Assembly (NCBI GenBank): GCA_041661645.1 | Contig: JBAZUA010000001.1 | Location: 45,618-109,617, forward strand | DNA length: 64,000 bases | Direction of reading: 5' to 3' | From: Minisyncoccota bacterium | GTDB taxonomy: Bacteria; Patescibacteriota; Minisyncoccia; Phycocordibacterales; UBA6065 | Part shown: positions 18,131 to 28,387 of the stretch, piece after piece | Position numbering within the stretch: position 1 is the first letter of the stretch | How the letters are laid out: each line of letters begins with the position of its first letter | Program-made: the position numbers and the translations under genes | The notes under the pieces: model-generated | What the model was told of the DNA's origin: nothing | The model's input: only the letters and a program-made list of their open reading frames with translations | The model's database searches: none

Positions 18131-18159
18131 CAGATAGAAAAATTGTAGATAAGAAATAA

Positions 18160-18198
18160 AAATAAAATCTCCAGAAATTAATCTGGAGATTTTATTTT
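18160..18198. terminator. rho-independent terminator (symmetric hairpin)
   Basis: ATCTCCAGA-AATTAA-TCTGGAGAT followed by TTTATTTT; A-run upstream. Confidence 0.55.
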
Positions 18199-18387
18199 GA
18201 GAACCTACCAGGGGAGTCAATTCGAGGAAAAAGCCCAAGAGGGGTCAAACAAGGCCCAGGGCCGCATAGCCCTTATCTAATCACCGAAAATGTATATTGT
18301 GCGACACTACTATAAAGTCCCTCCCCACGGCTCCCTGTAAAGAAAAGCCGCCCGATTGCTTCGGGCGGCCCGGTGTCCGCACATCAA

Positions 18388-18900
18388 TTACATCAAAAGC
18401 TCGTCGGCCAGAATATTCCGGACCTCCACGAGGTTTATCTTGAGCTCGTCGAGGGTTCGGGCAATCTTCTTATACCTCATGGTCGTAAAATACTCGACCT
18501 GAAGGTTCACCAGCGACCCTTCGTTGTCCGCGGACAGGCGGAAGTCTCCCCTATACCCTGCCACCACCTTGCCGAGGGCCGCGGCGCAGCCGATCTCGCT
18601 CGCGGTGCCGCTGTCGACATCGATGCCATCGAGAATCGCGATGACGACATGGGACTGCCTTATGGCCTCGTGATTGTTGCGGGCGATGAGCGGATTGAGC
18701 CTCTGCCAGGACTTTCTCTTCTGGACGCCATAGGGCATCCTGACGACTGGATCGATAAGGGAAGGCGAAGTCAGTTCCCACGGGTCGAGGATCTCGAATC
18801 CGGCGGAAGCGACGAGTGGCTTGAACAAAGAGGCGTAGGCGTGTCTGCCTAGCTCTGAAAAGCCCAGAGGGCTTGCGATATACGCTTTTGGTTGTCTCAT
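18388..18900 (-). CDS. nucleoside 2-deoxyribosyltransferase-like protein
   Basis: N-terminal KAYIASPLGFSE (cf. 'IYLAGPFF') and VVIAILDGIDVDSGTASEIGCAAALGKVV (cf. 'DsGTafEiGyAyAlGKPV' with catalytic Glu) match the PF05014/SLOG-type fold; minus-strand terminator hairpin GCCGCCCGAAGCAATCGGGCGGC lies downstream. Confidence 0.7.
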   Translation of the reverse strand: MRQPKAYIASPLGFSELGRHAYASLFKPLVASAGFEILDPWELTSPSLIDPVVRMPYGVQKRKSWQRLNPLIARNNHEAIRQSHVVIAILDGIDVDSGTASEIGCAAALGKVVAGYRGDFRLSADNEGSLVNLQVEYFTTMRYKKIARTLDELKINLVEVRNILADELLM

Positions 18901-18996
18901 ATGATAAAGGTCTTCTGTCCCCGATACTACCCTCCTCCGCCCAATTTGCAAGAAAAAGCCGCACCTTGTGGGTGCGGCCCTGAATTGTAACGAGCC

Positions 18997-19839
18997 TCAG
19001 GAAGCAGGATGATCCTGATAGACCTTTGTGGCCATGAGGACCAATGAGTCGTAGTGCGTGAGGGGTCCCAAAACACCCCTGCACACGATAAGCGACTCAA
19101 CGGCGGTTTTTATCTCGGCCTTGCAGAGAGAGGACACCTTGATGAACAGCTCCCATGAGCGCTCGGGGGGAAGTTCCTCGTCAAAGGAAAGCCCTCCTAC
19201 CCCAAGCCTCACAATGATCTTCCTGAGGTCATCGACGACGAAACCTCCTTTACCCCCATGGCGAACCTTTTTCCAGAGCTCGGTCGGGGCCTCGATGAAG
19301 GCCGTGAACATGACGTCTTCCCTGAGATTAGGAACGATGTCTTTCCAGACGTTGCGGTTATTGTCATCCGTGACCCAACCGAGGAAGACCATGGACCACC
19401 TGCTGAGCTCAACGTCGATGTGGTCCGGGCCCGAGGCGCGAAAGACCCAGTTGCGCCGATGCGTCCTGTTCGTGTTGCACAGGAGATTCCTCAGAAGCGG
19501 GAGCAGGATAAACCGGTGAGGATCCTTGAAAAGGAGGCCTCTGTCCGAGCTGTTTCCGGACTCACGGCTGATAACCATGTTCACGAGCATCGAGCGAGCC
19601 TTGAGCGACAGGGTCTCCCCTCCCGCCTTGAGCTCCTCGTCGGAGAGTCCCGTCTGATCGGCGACCTCGAGATAGAAGGCGAGACGTTTTGCGCTCGTAT
19701 CCTCGTCCGATTCGTCGATCTTGATTTCGTAGCCGTGATGCAACAGGCCGAGCTGCTCATAGAGCGACAGGCCCGGGGTTTCCCAACGATCCATCCACTC
19801 TTTCCATGTGGCGGGTTTAGCGCCGATGTTTAGTTTCAT
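18997..19839 (-). CDS. hypothetical protein (281 aa) in an operon between PgeF-like and NDT-like genes
   Basis: ORF from MKLNIGAKPATWKEW…; co-directional, 96-108 nt gaps to both neighbours; no recognisable domain. Confidence 0.5.
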   Translation of the reverse strand: MKLNIGAKPATWKEWMDRWETPGLSLYEQLGLLHHGYEIKIDESDEDTSAKRLAFYLEVADQTGLSDEELKAGGETLSLKARSMLVNMVISRESGNSSDRGLLFKDPHRFILLPLLRNLLCNTNRTHRRNWVFRASGPDHIDVELSRWSMVFLGWVTDDNNRNVWKDIVPNLREDVMFTAFIEAPTELWKKVRHGGKGGFVVDDLRKIIVRLGVGGLSFDEELPPERSWELFIKVSSLCKAEIKTAVESLIVCRGVLGPLTHYDSLVLMATKVYQDHPAS

Positions 19840-19947
19840 TGTTCTGACCCTTTCGTATTTACGCCCAGTTATATAGGGCTTTATTTCAAAGAGGCGAAAT
19901 GTACGCCTGAAAAGGATACTACTCCCCTCTCCCCTTTTTGCAACCAA

Positions 19948-20757
19948 CTATCGCCCGACCAGGGTCATAAACCGCCCATTCGGCACATTCTCCCTCTTTG
20001 ATTTGAAATGCGATAAGAATTCGCTGCCAATCTCAGCCGTACCACGGGAATCACGAACGATGCTCTCGGGCTTTACGTCAATGAGAGCAAGCCTCGAGTC
20101 GAGGGCCGCTGCCAGGTCGAGAAAAGCACCACCGGTACGATGGTCAATAAAATCAGCTATCCACGGACATTTCTCGAGGGCCTGTTTCCCTACCCTCTCC
20201 CACATGCCAGACTTGGAAAGGTCATACTGCATGGCAGATATGTGCGGGCCCATATAAAACTTAACCCGCCAGATGGGAACGAGCATCGCCGTCAGAGCGT
20301 CGCCGAGCGTGCCCGTTATGTCGTTCAGGAGCCCTAAAAGACCGACGTGGAGAATGCCATGCAAGCCAGTTTCCTCGTCAGCCAACACCAAAGGAACGCA
20401 GTCTCCGCTCAGAAGCGCCACGGCAATCGTAGGGTCAACGGTCAACAGGCCATCAACGGCATCGATGTAGTCCGAAAAATCGGCGTCGATGGCGGAAGCC
20501 TTCATGAAAGGGTCATATTCGAAAGCTACCGCGCCGCCCGTAGCACCTCCCTCCTCCCTGCTGACCAGGGCCAGACTTCCCGTGTGGCGCGGCTCGATGA
20601 AGACGATGTCCGACGGGTTGACTCCGTGCGCCCGACAGAAAGCGTCCCGTCGCGCCGAGACCTCATCCCCGTCACCATAAAGGGCAGACATGTTGCCGTC
20701 CGCCTTCGTAGAGAGGATGACACGAAATCCTCCGAGAGCAATGCTATCCTTTTGCAT
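19948..20757 (-). CDS. pgeF: YfiH/PgeF-family (DUF152) purine nucleoside phosphorylase / multifunctional nucleoside enzyme
   Basis: Motifs …ILSTKADGNMS…, …LSGDCVPLVLADEETGLHGILHVGLLGL… and …GPHI… match the YfiH/PgeF family; alternative start at 20775. Confidence 0.7.
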   Translation of the reverse strand: MQKDSIALGGFRVILSTKADGNMSALYGDGDEVSARRDAFCRAHGVNPSDIVFIEPRHTGSLALVSREEGGATGGAVAFEYDPFMKASAIDADFSDYIDAVDGLLTVDPTIAVALLSGDCVPLVLADEETGLHGILHVGLLGLLNDITGTLGDALTAMLVPIWRVKFYMGPHISAMQYDLSKSGMWERVGKQALEKCPWIADFIDHRTGGAFLDLAAALDSRLALIDVKPESIVRDSRGTAEIGSEFLSHFKSKRENVPNGRFMTLVGR

Positions 20758-20835
20758 ATGCGCAAAGTCTAGCATAAAATGGTTGAAGGGCGTCCAGAAA
20801 CCAGATCCTACACATCTCCGCAACCAGACAAGACC

Positions 20836-21036
20836 ATGAAGCTCATCTGTGCCAATGCCACATGTCGAAAGGAATTCGAGGGAAAGTCCTGCAACCACAA
20901 TCAAAGCCTGTCGTTTTGCAAAAGAGAGTGCTTCGAGGAATACCACGCGTCACCCGAGGGACGATTCGAGTCCAAGACGTTCGCCGACAACCCTCCCGCA
21001 GGCGGGTCAAAGAAGGTCGGGATGCTTGGGTGCTGA
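20836..21036 (+). CDS. small Cys-rich (zinc-ribbon-like) hypothetical protein
   Basis: 66 aa, C-x2-C … C-x3-C spacing (CANATC…CNHNQSLSFCKREC). Confidence 0.3.
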   Translation: MKLICANATCRKEFEGKSCNHNQSLSFCKRECFEEYHASPEGRFESKTFADNPPAGGSKKVGMLGC

Positions 21037-21057
21037 GGGCCGTCGATAGACACAGGC

Positions 21058-21096
21058 AAAGCCGCCTGCCACGTACGTGGCAGGCGGCTTTTTCTT
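21058..21096. terminator. strong hairpin terminator, potentially bidirectional
   Basis: GCCGCCTGCCACG-TACG-TGGCAGGCGGC followed by TTTTTCTTG. Confidence 0.55.
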
Positions 21097-21121
21097 GCAT
21101 TAGTGTGACTCACCCTCTCGT

Positions 21122-21592
21122 TTAGATCCGAGCGATCACGTCAGTCTGAGACTTCTTCCAGCACGGTGACGAGCTCACCCATGGCTTGTCGCCATACTTG
21201 CCGTAGAGGATCTTGGCGAACTCGATGTTACCCTGAAGGGTATAGATGTCGAGGCCCATCTTGGTGGCGTCATCCTCGTGATAGTACTTGTTTATCTGCA
21301 TCACGCCGATGTCGTCGCTGTTGACAATGCCGCGAAGGGGCTTGCCCTCCTTGTCGAACTGCCTGAAGGAAGACTCGCACTTGGCGATTTCAGCCAATAT
21401 GGGCTTGTCCTTGAACGACTCTCGAACGTACTGTTCGGTCGTGGCGATGCTGAGGGGAATGTTCACCTCTCGGGTAAGGGCAGTCGCCTGGGTAGACGAG
21501 GCAGCCGATGCCTTTGATTCTATTACGGTGTTAGTCGAAGACGGTGAGAAAGCCGAGGCCAACATCAGGAGGCCGGTAGTAAATTCAATCAT
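21122..21592 (-). CDS. secreted lysozyme-like / lytic-transglycosylase-like small protein
   Basis: Signal peptide; …AEIAKCESSFRQFD…DIGVMQINKYYH… resembles an SLT/lysozyme-fold E-S … G(L/V)MQ(I)N pattern. Confidence 0.4.
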   Translation of the reverse strand: MIEFTTGLLMLASAFSPSSTNTVIESKASAASSTQATALTREVNIPLSIATTEQYVRESFKDKPILAEIAKCESSFRQFDKEGKPLRGIVNSDDIGVMQINKYYHEDDATKMGLDIYTLQGNIEFAKILYGKYGDKPWVSSSPCWKKSQTDVIARI

Positions 21593-21886
21593 AGCGTGGG
21601 GTCAATATTCAGAGGAGTGGTCCCTATCGACTTGCGTCTTTGAGAGATTCCTTTCCCTAAATAAAAAACCAGAGGTATTAAGCTCTGATGGGTACATTGT
21701 AGCACCTTACGATTCAAATGTCAATAGTTATGCAATGAAATTCGCCAGTGTCAATAGAATTATACGGCCTTGTACGGCCGTAAAATAGGGTATTTGGACG
21801 GGTGCCCCCGAATGAGGTTGACCCACCCATCGGCATCCACGGTCTCAATGTCTGGAATCATCAGGGAAACAGTGTCTCGAAGGGTG

Positions 21887-21920
21887 AATTGGGCGTAAAA
21901 AAGCCGCGGCGCATGCGCCG
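21887..21920. terminator. hairpin terminator (bidirectional candidate)
   Basis: AGCCGCGGCGC-AT-GCGCCGCGGCT flanked by an A-run and TTT. Confidence 0.5.
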
Positions 21921-21951
21921 CGGCTTTGATAGATGAAACGGGACAGTCCAA

Positions 21952-22350
21952 TCAGGATGATGGCCCCATGAAGACTTTGTCGGGATAGATGATTTCGAGA
22001 CGATTCAGGCGAGCCTTGTGTTTGCAACACATGGTCTCAACCAGCCAGATGAGCAGATCTGCGAGCAGGGACTTCTTCTCCTCATCGACTCTGGCGAAAC
22101 CAGTGATTTTGGGAAGGATCCGCTTGCTGACAAACAAATCAACGGTCGAAGTGGCCAAACACGGAGGTTTGTTGCAGTGACAGTGCTCGATTTGAGCCAT
22201 AATCACCAAAACCATTTCCTGAAGAAAGACATCCCCCAGAGGATCGCCCTCTTCCTTAAGCCGGTCGAGCTCTTCAAACACCAGCTTGTTCAATTGGGAA
22301 TGAAGCTCTTGTCGCTCAAAGCCACGCACTATCCATGGTTCAGCTGTCAT
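21952..22350 (-). CDS. hypothetical protein (132 aa)
   Basis: ORF with helical, charged composition and a Cys cluster (HCHCNKPPC…MCCKH). Confidence 0.35.
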   Translation of the reverse strand: MTAEPWIVRGFERQELHSQLNKLVFEELDRLKEEGDPLGDVFLQEMVLVIMAQIEHCHCNKPPCLATSTVDLFVSKRILPKITGFARVDEEKKSLLADLLIWLVETMCCKHKARLNRLEIIYPDKVFMGPSS

Positions 22351-22463
22351 AATAATTTCTCCGTAATATATAGGTTTCTGTGCAAAGAATCTTTACAAAC
22401 AACATATTACACGCCTTGTCCAGATAATCAAACGATGGAGGGTATATTTTTGGGGGCAGAGAA

Positions 22464-22883
22464 TCAGATTCCCTTACAGTTCCCCGCCGGCGCATATCCA
22501 GCCTTTTCGGCCTCTTCCTTGGTCGTAAACCAGATCTTGTTGTCATTGGATATAGTGCGAGCGCCCGCACAGGTGGGCAAATGGTATTTGGTGCCGGTCT
22601 TTGAGGCCACGTACTTGCCCGTCTTGGCTGAACTGGTGGACGTAACCGGAACAGGGTCTTTTGATGCTGATTTTACGGACGCAGCCGAGCTCGTGGCACG
22701 AAACTGTATTCCCTGCCCCATCTCTATGCGTACCGGGACGGCGGGCGGCCTAAGCGGGTCGATGCGACCCGCCATATAGCCGCCCGCCCCAGCCAATACT
22801 ATGCAGGAACAGGCCCACACATCCCGTCGATCGAGAATATGGGCAAAAGCCTTGATTTTTATAAGGATATGGCTTATACTCAT
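22464..22883 (-). CDS. membrane-anchored protein with Ser/Thr-rich linker and C-terminal Cys-containing small domain
   Basis: TM helix VWACSCIVLAGAGGYMAG. C-terminal …GKYVASKTGTKYHLPTCAGARTISNDNKIWFTTKEEAEKAGYAPAGNCKGI (a KYH-x-P-x-C … GY-x-P-x-x-C pattern seen at C-termini of some extracellular proteins). Confidence 0.4.
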   Translation of the reverse strand: MSISHILIKIKAFAHILDRRDVWACSCIVLAGAGGYMAGRIDPLRPPAVPVRIEMGQGIQFRATSSAASVKSASKDPVPVTSTSSAKTGKYVASKTGTKYHLPTCAGARTISNDNKIWFTTKEEAEKAGYAPAGNCKGI

Positions 22884-22938
22884 AAACCTAAGTATAAGGC
22901 TCGATTCGCGAGAAGAGAGATAAATTTTTCTTAAACAA

Positions 22939-23211
22939 ATGGCAACAAAAAAGGCAGCCGGTAAAACAAAGAACGGTCGAGACTCAAACCCACGATACCT
23001 GGGCGTAAAGCTCTACGCGGGCGAGAAGACCAAGACGGGCTCGATCATCATCCGACAGGAGGGACTCAACACCCTTTCAGGACGAAACACGGCTCTCGGC
23101 AAGGATTACACCATCTATGCCATCAAGGAAGGCACCGTCGCTTTCAGCACCAAGCGAAAGACCGGCTTCAACGGCAAGACCAAGATCAGGAACATCGTCT
23201 CGGTAAAGTAA
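22939..23211 (+). CDS. rpmA: 50S ribosomal protein L27
   Basis: MATKKAAGKTKNGRDSNPRYLGVKLYAGE… matches the L27 signature. Confidence 0.9.
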   Translation: MATKKAAGKTKNGRDSNPRYLGVKLYAGEKTKTGSIIIRQEGLNTLSGRNTALGKDYTIYAIKEGTVAFSTKRKTGFNGKTKIRNIVSVK

Positions 23212-23217
23212 CCTCTC

Positions 23218-23249
23218 GAAAAAGCCGCCTGTTGGGCGGCTTTTTCTTT
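23218..23249. terminator. rho-independent terminator (bidirectional)
   Basis: AAAAAGCCGCC-TGTT-GGGCGGCTTTTT. Confidence 0.6.
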
Positions 23250-23270
23250 GGTATCTTGTGGATTCCGTGA

Positions 23271-23714
23271 CTACTTGGCCTTTACAACGAGGGTGAAGGT
23301 GGCCGACTTGCCCTGAACCTTGATGTCGATCTTGTGCTCGCCGACTTCCTTGATGGCCTTGTCGAGCTTGATGAACTCGGGGGCGACGTCAACATGGGTC
23401 TGCTCTTTGACGAAAGGGGCTATGTCGACGGGATGGAGGCCCGCGAAAAGGTGACCCTTCTCGTTTGCTTCGGCGGTTATTTCTACGGTGGTGTCATGAA
23501 GCGACTTGAGGCTCTTTACGATGAGGTCCTCCTGGATCTTTTTCTCGGCGTCCTCCTGCTTCTTGAGGACCTCAACGCGGGCCATGACACGCGGGGTGGC
23601 AACCTCGGCGAGACCCTGGGGAATGAGGCTGTTAAGGGCGAAACCGTCGGCAACGGTCTTTATCTCGTGCTTCTTTCCGAGTCCTTTGACGTCTTTCAGT
23701 AATGCGATTTTCAT
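23271..23714 (-). CDS. rplI: 50S ribosomal protein L9
   Basis: [36 protein letters not shown]… matches the L9 N-domain. Confidence 0.85.
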   Translation of the reverse strand: MKIALLKDVKGLGKKHEIKTVADGFALNSLIPQGLAEVATPRVMARVEVLKKQEDAEKKIQEDLIVKSLKSLHDTTVEITAEANEKGHLFAGLHPVDIAPFVKEQTHVDVAPEFIKLDKAIKEVGEHKIDIKVQGKSATFTLVVKAK

Positions 23715-23839
23715 AGTGGAATAAGATTACCATATTCCCCTGCCCTGAGCCAGATTCCCGAGCATTGACAATCACCTATTTAAAATAGTATAGTATCGCC
23801 TGAACTTCTGCCTATCAACCCGCCTGTTCCCTCAAAAAA

Positions 23840-24064
23840 ATGGACCTTAGACGCTTGGTATCAAAAATAATGATCGTGATCGGAGCAATCCTGCTGCCCT
23901 TTTCCATCATCATGTTCTCGTGGAGGGGTCACGACTCTTCACTTGACCAGTTCCTCTCAAAAGCAATCATGCTGGGCTTCTTCCTTCTCCTTTCGGGAAT
24001 CTACCTCTACCTGCCAACCCGTAACAGGGGCACGTGGGACGAGGAAAGCCTTTCCCAAAGATGA
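23840..24064 (+). CDS. small two-TM membrane protein, hypothetical
   Basis: 74-aa ORF; followed by a hairpin terminator (24086-24120: ATCCCGC…GCGGGATTTTTT). Confidence 0.3.
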   Translation: MDLRRLVSKIMIVIGAILLPFSIIMFSWRGHDSSLDQFLSKAIMLGFFLLLSGIYLYLPTRNRGTWDEESLSQR

Positions 24065-24154
24065 CAGGGTGATCCCCTCTAACGCAAATCCCGCAAGCTG
24101 CAAGCTCGCGGGATTTTTTGCCCCTATATACCGCCCACACGTCTGACTCTCCCC

Positions 24155-25393
24155 TTATTTGACCGTGTTCAGTATTTCTACCGCCTTTGCCATCTGGGGG
24201 TCCTTCTTGGCCTTTATATCGGCATCCGTGACCGGAACGACATAGTCAGGGGTGATTCCCTCGTGAGAGATCGACCTGCCGTTTGGGGTGAGCCATCGCG
24301 CAACGGTAACCTTGAGAGATGTATCCGAAGTGATCGGCACGAGCTCCTGGACCGACCCCTTGCCGAAGGTCTTGGCGCCAACGAGCTTTGCCACACCCTG
24401 TTCGGAAAGGGCGCCCGCGAGGATTTCCGATGCCGAGGCGCTGCCACCGTCGACAAGGATGACCATGCGGAGCTTGTCGGTGAATATGTCATAGCCCTTG
24501 CTGCGATACTCCTTGTCCTCGGCCTTGCCCTGAGACTCCTCGCGAACGATCATCTTTCCCGTGGGAAGGAACCAGCTGGCCATATCCACGGCCGCGTCGA
24601 GATATCCGCCCGGATTGCCGCGAAGGTCGAGGACGAGCTTGGTATCGCCGGAATCAACAAATTCCTTGAGGGCATTCCTGAAGAGATTTGCCGAACTTGC
24701 GCTAAAGCTGTAGAGGGAGATGGTGAAAATGCCGTCCTTGTCGTCGGTCTTGAGGGTGGGTATGTCTATGATGTCTCGGATAATGCTGAGGACGAAGGGC
24801 TGGGCGATGCCGTCACGGGCGAGGGTGAGCTTGACCGAAGTCCCGCTTTTGCCGCGGATGAGCTTGACCGCCCGGTCGGTCGACATCGAGAGGGATTCAA
24901 CGTCATCAATCCTTACGATGAAGTCGCCAGCCTTGACGCCCGCAGCCTCGGCGGGACTGCCCTTGATGGGAGAGACGACGGAAAGCTTGCCATCCTTTAT
25001 GCCCACCTCCATGCCGACTCCGCTGAAGCTGCCGGCTATCTCGCTTTTGAATATCTCGGCCTCCGCTGGCGGGAAGAACACGGTGTACGGATCGCCAAGG
25101 GACTCGGTCATGCCCTTGATTGCGCCCCAGACCCTGTCCTGAGAGGAGGCCAGGGTTGATGTCGAACTGGTCGAGTTGCTGGAGAACTTGTCGTCGAGTA
25201 TCTTCCAGGCCTTCCAGAAGGTGGCGAAGTCGACGCTGTCCATCTTGCCGTCCTTGTTGATGACGTTCTGGACCAATGACTCGGCAGGAACCGACCTCAC
25301 GCCGAATTTGAAGCCTGCGAAATACGATGCCCCGACCAAGACGACCAGCACCGCCGCCGATACTATGCGCTTTGATGAATTCATGGACGCCAT
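24155..25393 (-). CDS. ctpA: carboxy-terminal processing protease (S41 family, PDZ-containing)
   Basis: N-terminal anchor, PDZ region, tail-specific protease core with …GNPGG… and …DGGSASASEI… motifs; start choice 25393 vs 25384 is uncertain. Confidence 0.85.
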   Translation of the reverse strand: MASMNSSKRIVSAAVLVVLVGASYFAGFKFGVRSVPAESLVQNVINKDGKMDSVDFATFWKAWKILDDKFSSNSTSSTSTLASSQDRVWGAIKGMTESLGDPYTVFFPPAEAEIFKSEIAGSFSGVGMEVGIKDGKLSVVSPIKGSPAEAAGVKAGDFIVRIDDVESLSMSTDRAVKLIRGKSGTSVKLTLARDGIAQPFVLSIIRDIIDIPTLKTDDKDGIFTISLYSFSASSANLFRNALKEFVDSGDTKLVLDLRGNPGGYLDAAVDMASWFLPTGKMIVREESQGKAEDKEYRSKGYDIFTDKLRMVILVDGGSASASEILAGALSEQGVAKLVGAKTFGKGSVQELVPITSDTSLKVTVARWLTPNGRSISHEGITPDYVVPVTDADIKAKKDPQMAKAVEILNTVK

Positions 25394-25421
25394 TATACTA
25401 TAGGGACCACCCGAATTACAT

Positions 25422-26791
<1,370 letters not shown>

Positions 26792-26792
<1 letters not shown>

Positions 26793-27460
26793 TGAAATCG
26801 CGTGCCTTCACACTCATCGAACTCCTGGTCGTCATATCGATAATCAGCCTTTTGGCGTCCATAGTCATCTCATCCCTCGGCTCAGCGAGGCTCAAAGGCC
26901 TGGAGACATCAATAAAATCAAATCTACGCAGCGCCATAAACGCGCAGGAACTCGAATATGACAAGGCGAGCCCAAACACCTATGCCGCGGGATCAATCGC
27001 TCCCGCGGCCCTGTCCGGAATGCTTCAGGCCATCGATACTGCGGGTGGCACCACCGGATACTATAGCCGAGACGGCACGAGGTGGGCGGTCTCTGCCAAA
27101 CTAGACTCAAACACCCAAAAGAACTGGTCTGCGGACGGATCAAGCGTCGTGTCGTGGGACACGCAGGACGTGAACGTATCCGGGGCTTTTGTCTCATCGG
27201 GCGTGAAGATGAACTGGGTCACTGCCGTATCCGCCTGCGCGCTTTCGAGAGGGCGACTGCCGACAATCGAGCAGCTAGAGTCACTATTCCTGGCCCACAA
27301 CTCGCAGGTCCCCACTGCTTTTCTGCCCAGCTCGTATTGGTCAAACACCAGTGGCCTCGGCAACAATACCGCGTATTATATAAACCTGAACAACAACGTA
27401 ATACTAAGCTCCAACAAGACATCTTCGCTCTTCAAATATTACGTCCGCTGCGTTCGTTAG
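26792..27460 (+). CDS. prepilin-type (type IV pilin-like) protein with C-terminal DUF1566 (Lcl-like) domain
   Basis: N-terminus MKSRAFTLIELLVVISIISLLASIV (class III signal / N-methylation motif). C-terminus …RGRLPTIEQLESLFLAH…YWSNT…YYVRCVR matches the DUF1566 hallmark (WRLPT…EL…L … RCVR). The ATG shares its A with the cysS stop TAA (…TAATG…). Confidence 0.7.
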
Positions 27461-27464
27461 GGAA

Positions 27465-28340
27465 TCATCTCGACGCGACTGTCGGTAGACCCTCGGATTC
27501 GATGGCATACAATGCGCCGATTTCGGTCGCCGTGAGCGTCTTCGCGTAAAGGCGGACCTTGGTGATATTTCCTGTGAGGTAACCCGTCGTACCCCCGGCA
27601 GAGGCACCCGACAATAGCGGGCCGTTCAAATTCAGATTTCCCGCCATCCCGCTAATGCTGAAATTAGAGACGCTTGTCGCGGTGCCGTTTATGTATATGC
27701 TTACCACATTGGCGCTTCGATCAACGACCATGGCCAAGAAGGTCCATCGATTGAGCGGTATTTTCTGTGAGGTACTGAAGCTCTTGTTGGTGCCGGCCGA
27801 ATCTATCATCATCCCCGCCACGTTGCCGTTGCAGTTCATGCCCAGGGCCATGCGTACGGGGTTACCCCAGCTCGAGAGAACATTCACGTTGTGCGAACAG
27901 GAAGGGTTTGCGGTCGGGTAGATCCAGCCGGCGACCGTGAGGTTGCCCGTGCCGAGCTGATATGCGGGCACGTTCGTGCTGCCTCCCGCGTATGTTATCG
28001 GTGCCGTGCCGTTCATGACTATCGAGCAGCCCTGGTTATTGGGACTCATGTTTGACCAGGATATCCCCGACGCGATCGCGCCGCCGTTACCATAGCCCGA
28101 CCTATCTGACATGGTCACGCCTGAACACTCATTGAAATCCCACATGCCCACCGCCTGATCACCGGCGACGCCATCAAGAGTCTGCGCGAATTGGAGCCCG
28201 GCGGAGATGCGGGCCCTGTCTCGGGCTGAATTGAGCGTGGAAAGCACGACCGAGGACAGCAAGGAGATTATCGATATGACGACCAAAAGCTCGATAAGGG
28301 TGAATCCTTGATAGCGTGTCGTGGTTTCTGGATACATCAT
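27465..28340 (-). CDS. prepilin-type protein with C-terminal LamG-like (ConA-like lectin) domain
   Basis: N-terminus …QGFTLIELLVVISIISLLSSVVL; C-terminal …GNITKVRLYAKTLTATEIGALYA… typical of Laminin_G_3-type domains. Confidence 0.7.
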   Translation of the reverse strand: MMYPETTTRYQGFTLIELLVVISIISLLSSVVLSTLNSARDRARISAGLQFAQTLDGVAGDQAVGMWDFNECSGVTMSDRSGYGNGGAIASGISWSNMSPNNQGCSIVMNGTAPITYAGGSTNVPAYQLGTGNLTVAGWIYPTANPSCSHNVNVLSSWGNPVRMALGMNCNGNVAGMMIDSAGTNKSFSTSQKIPLNRWTFLAMVVDRSANVVSIYINGTATSVSNFSISGMAGNLNLNGPLLSGASAGGTTGYLTGNITKVRLYAKTLTATEIGALYAIESEGLPTVASR

Positions 28341-28387
28341 GGATGGCTGATATTATAACACCGCTAGTGCATGATATAATCTTTTCC

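Noticed and set aside
22018-22779. 253-aa plus-strand ORF spanning two minus-strand genes and their intergenic region.
   Set aside because: It runs antisense through two independently plausible genes and an AT-rich promoter region. It has no motif support and is likely spurious.
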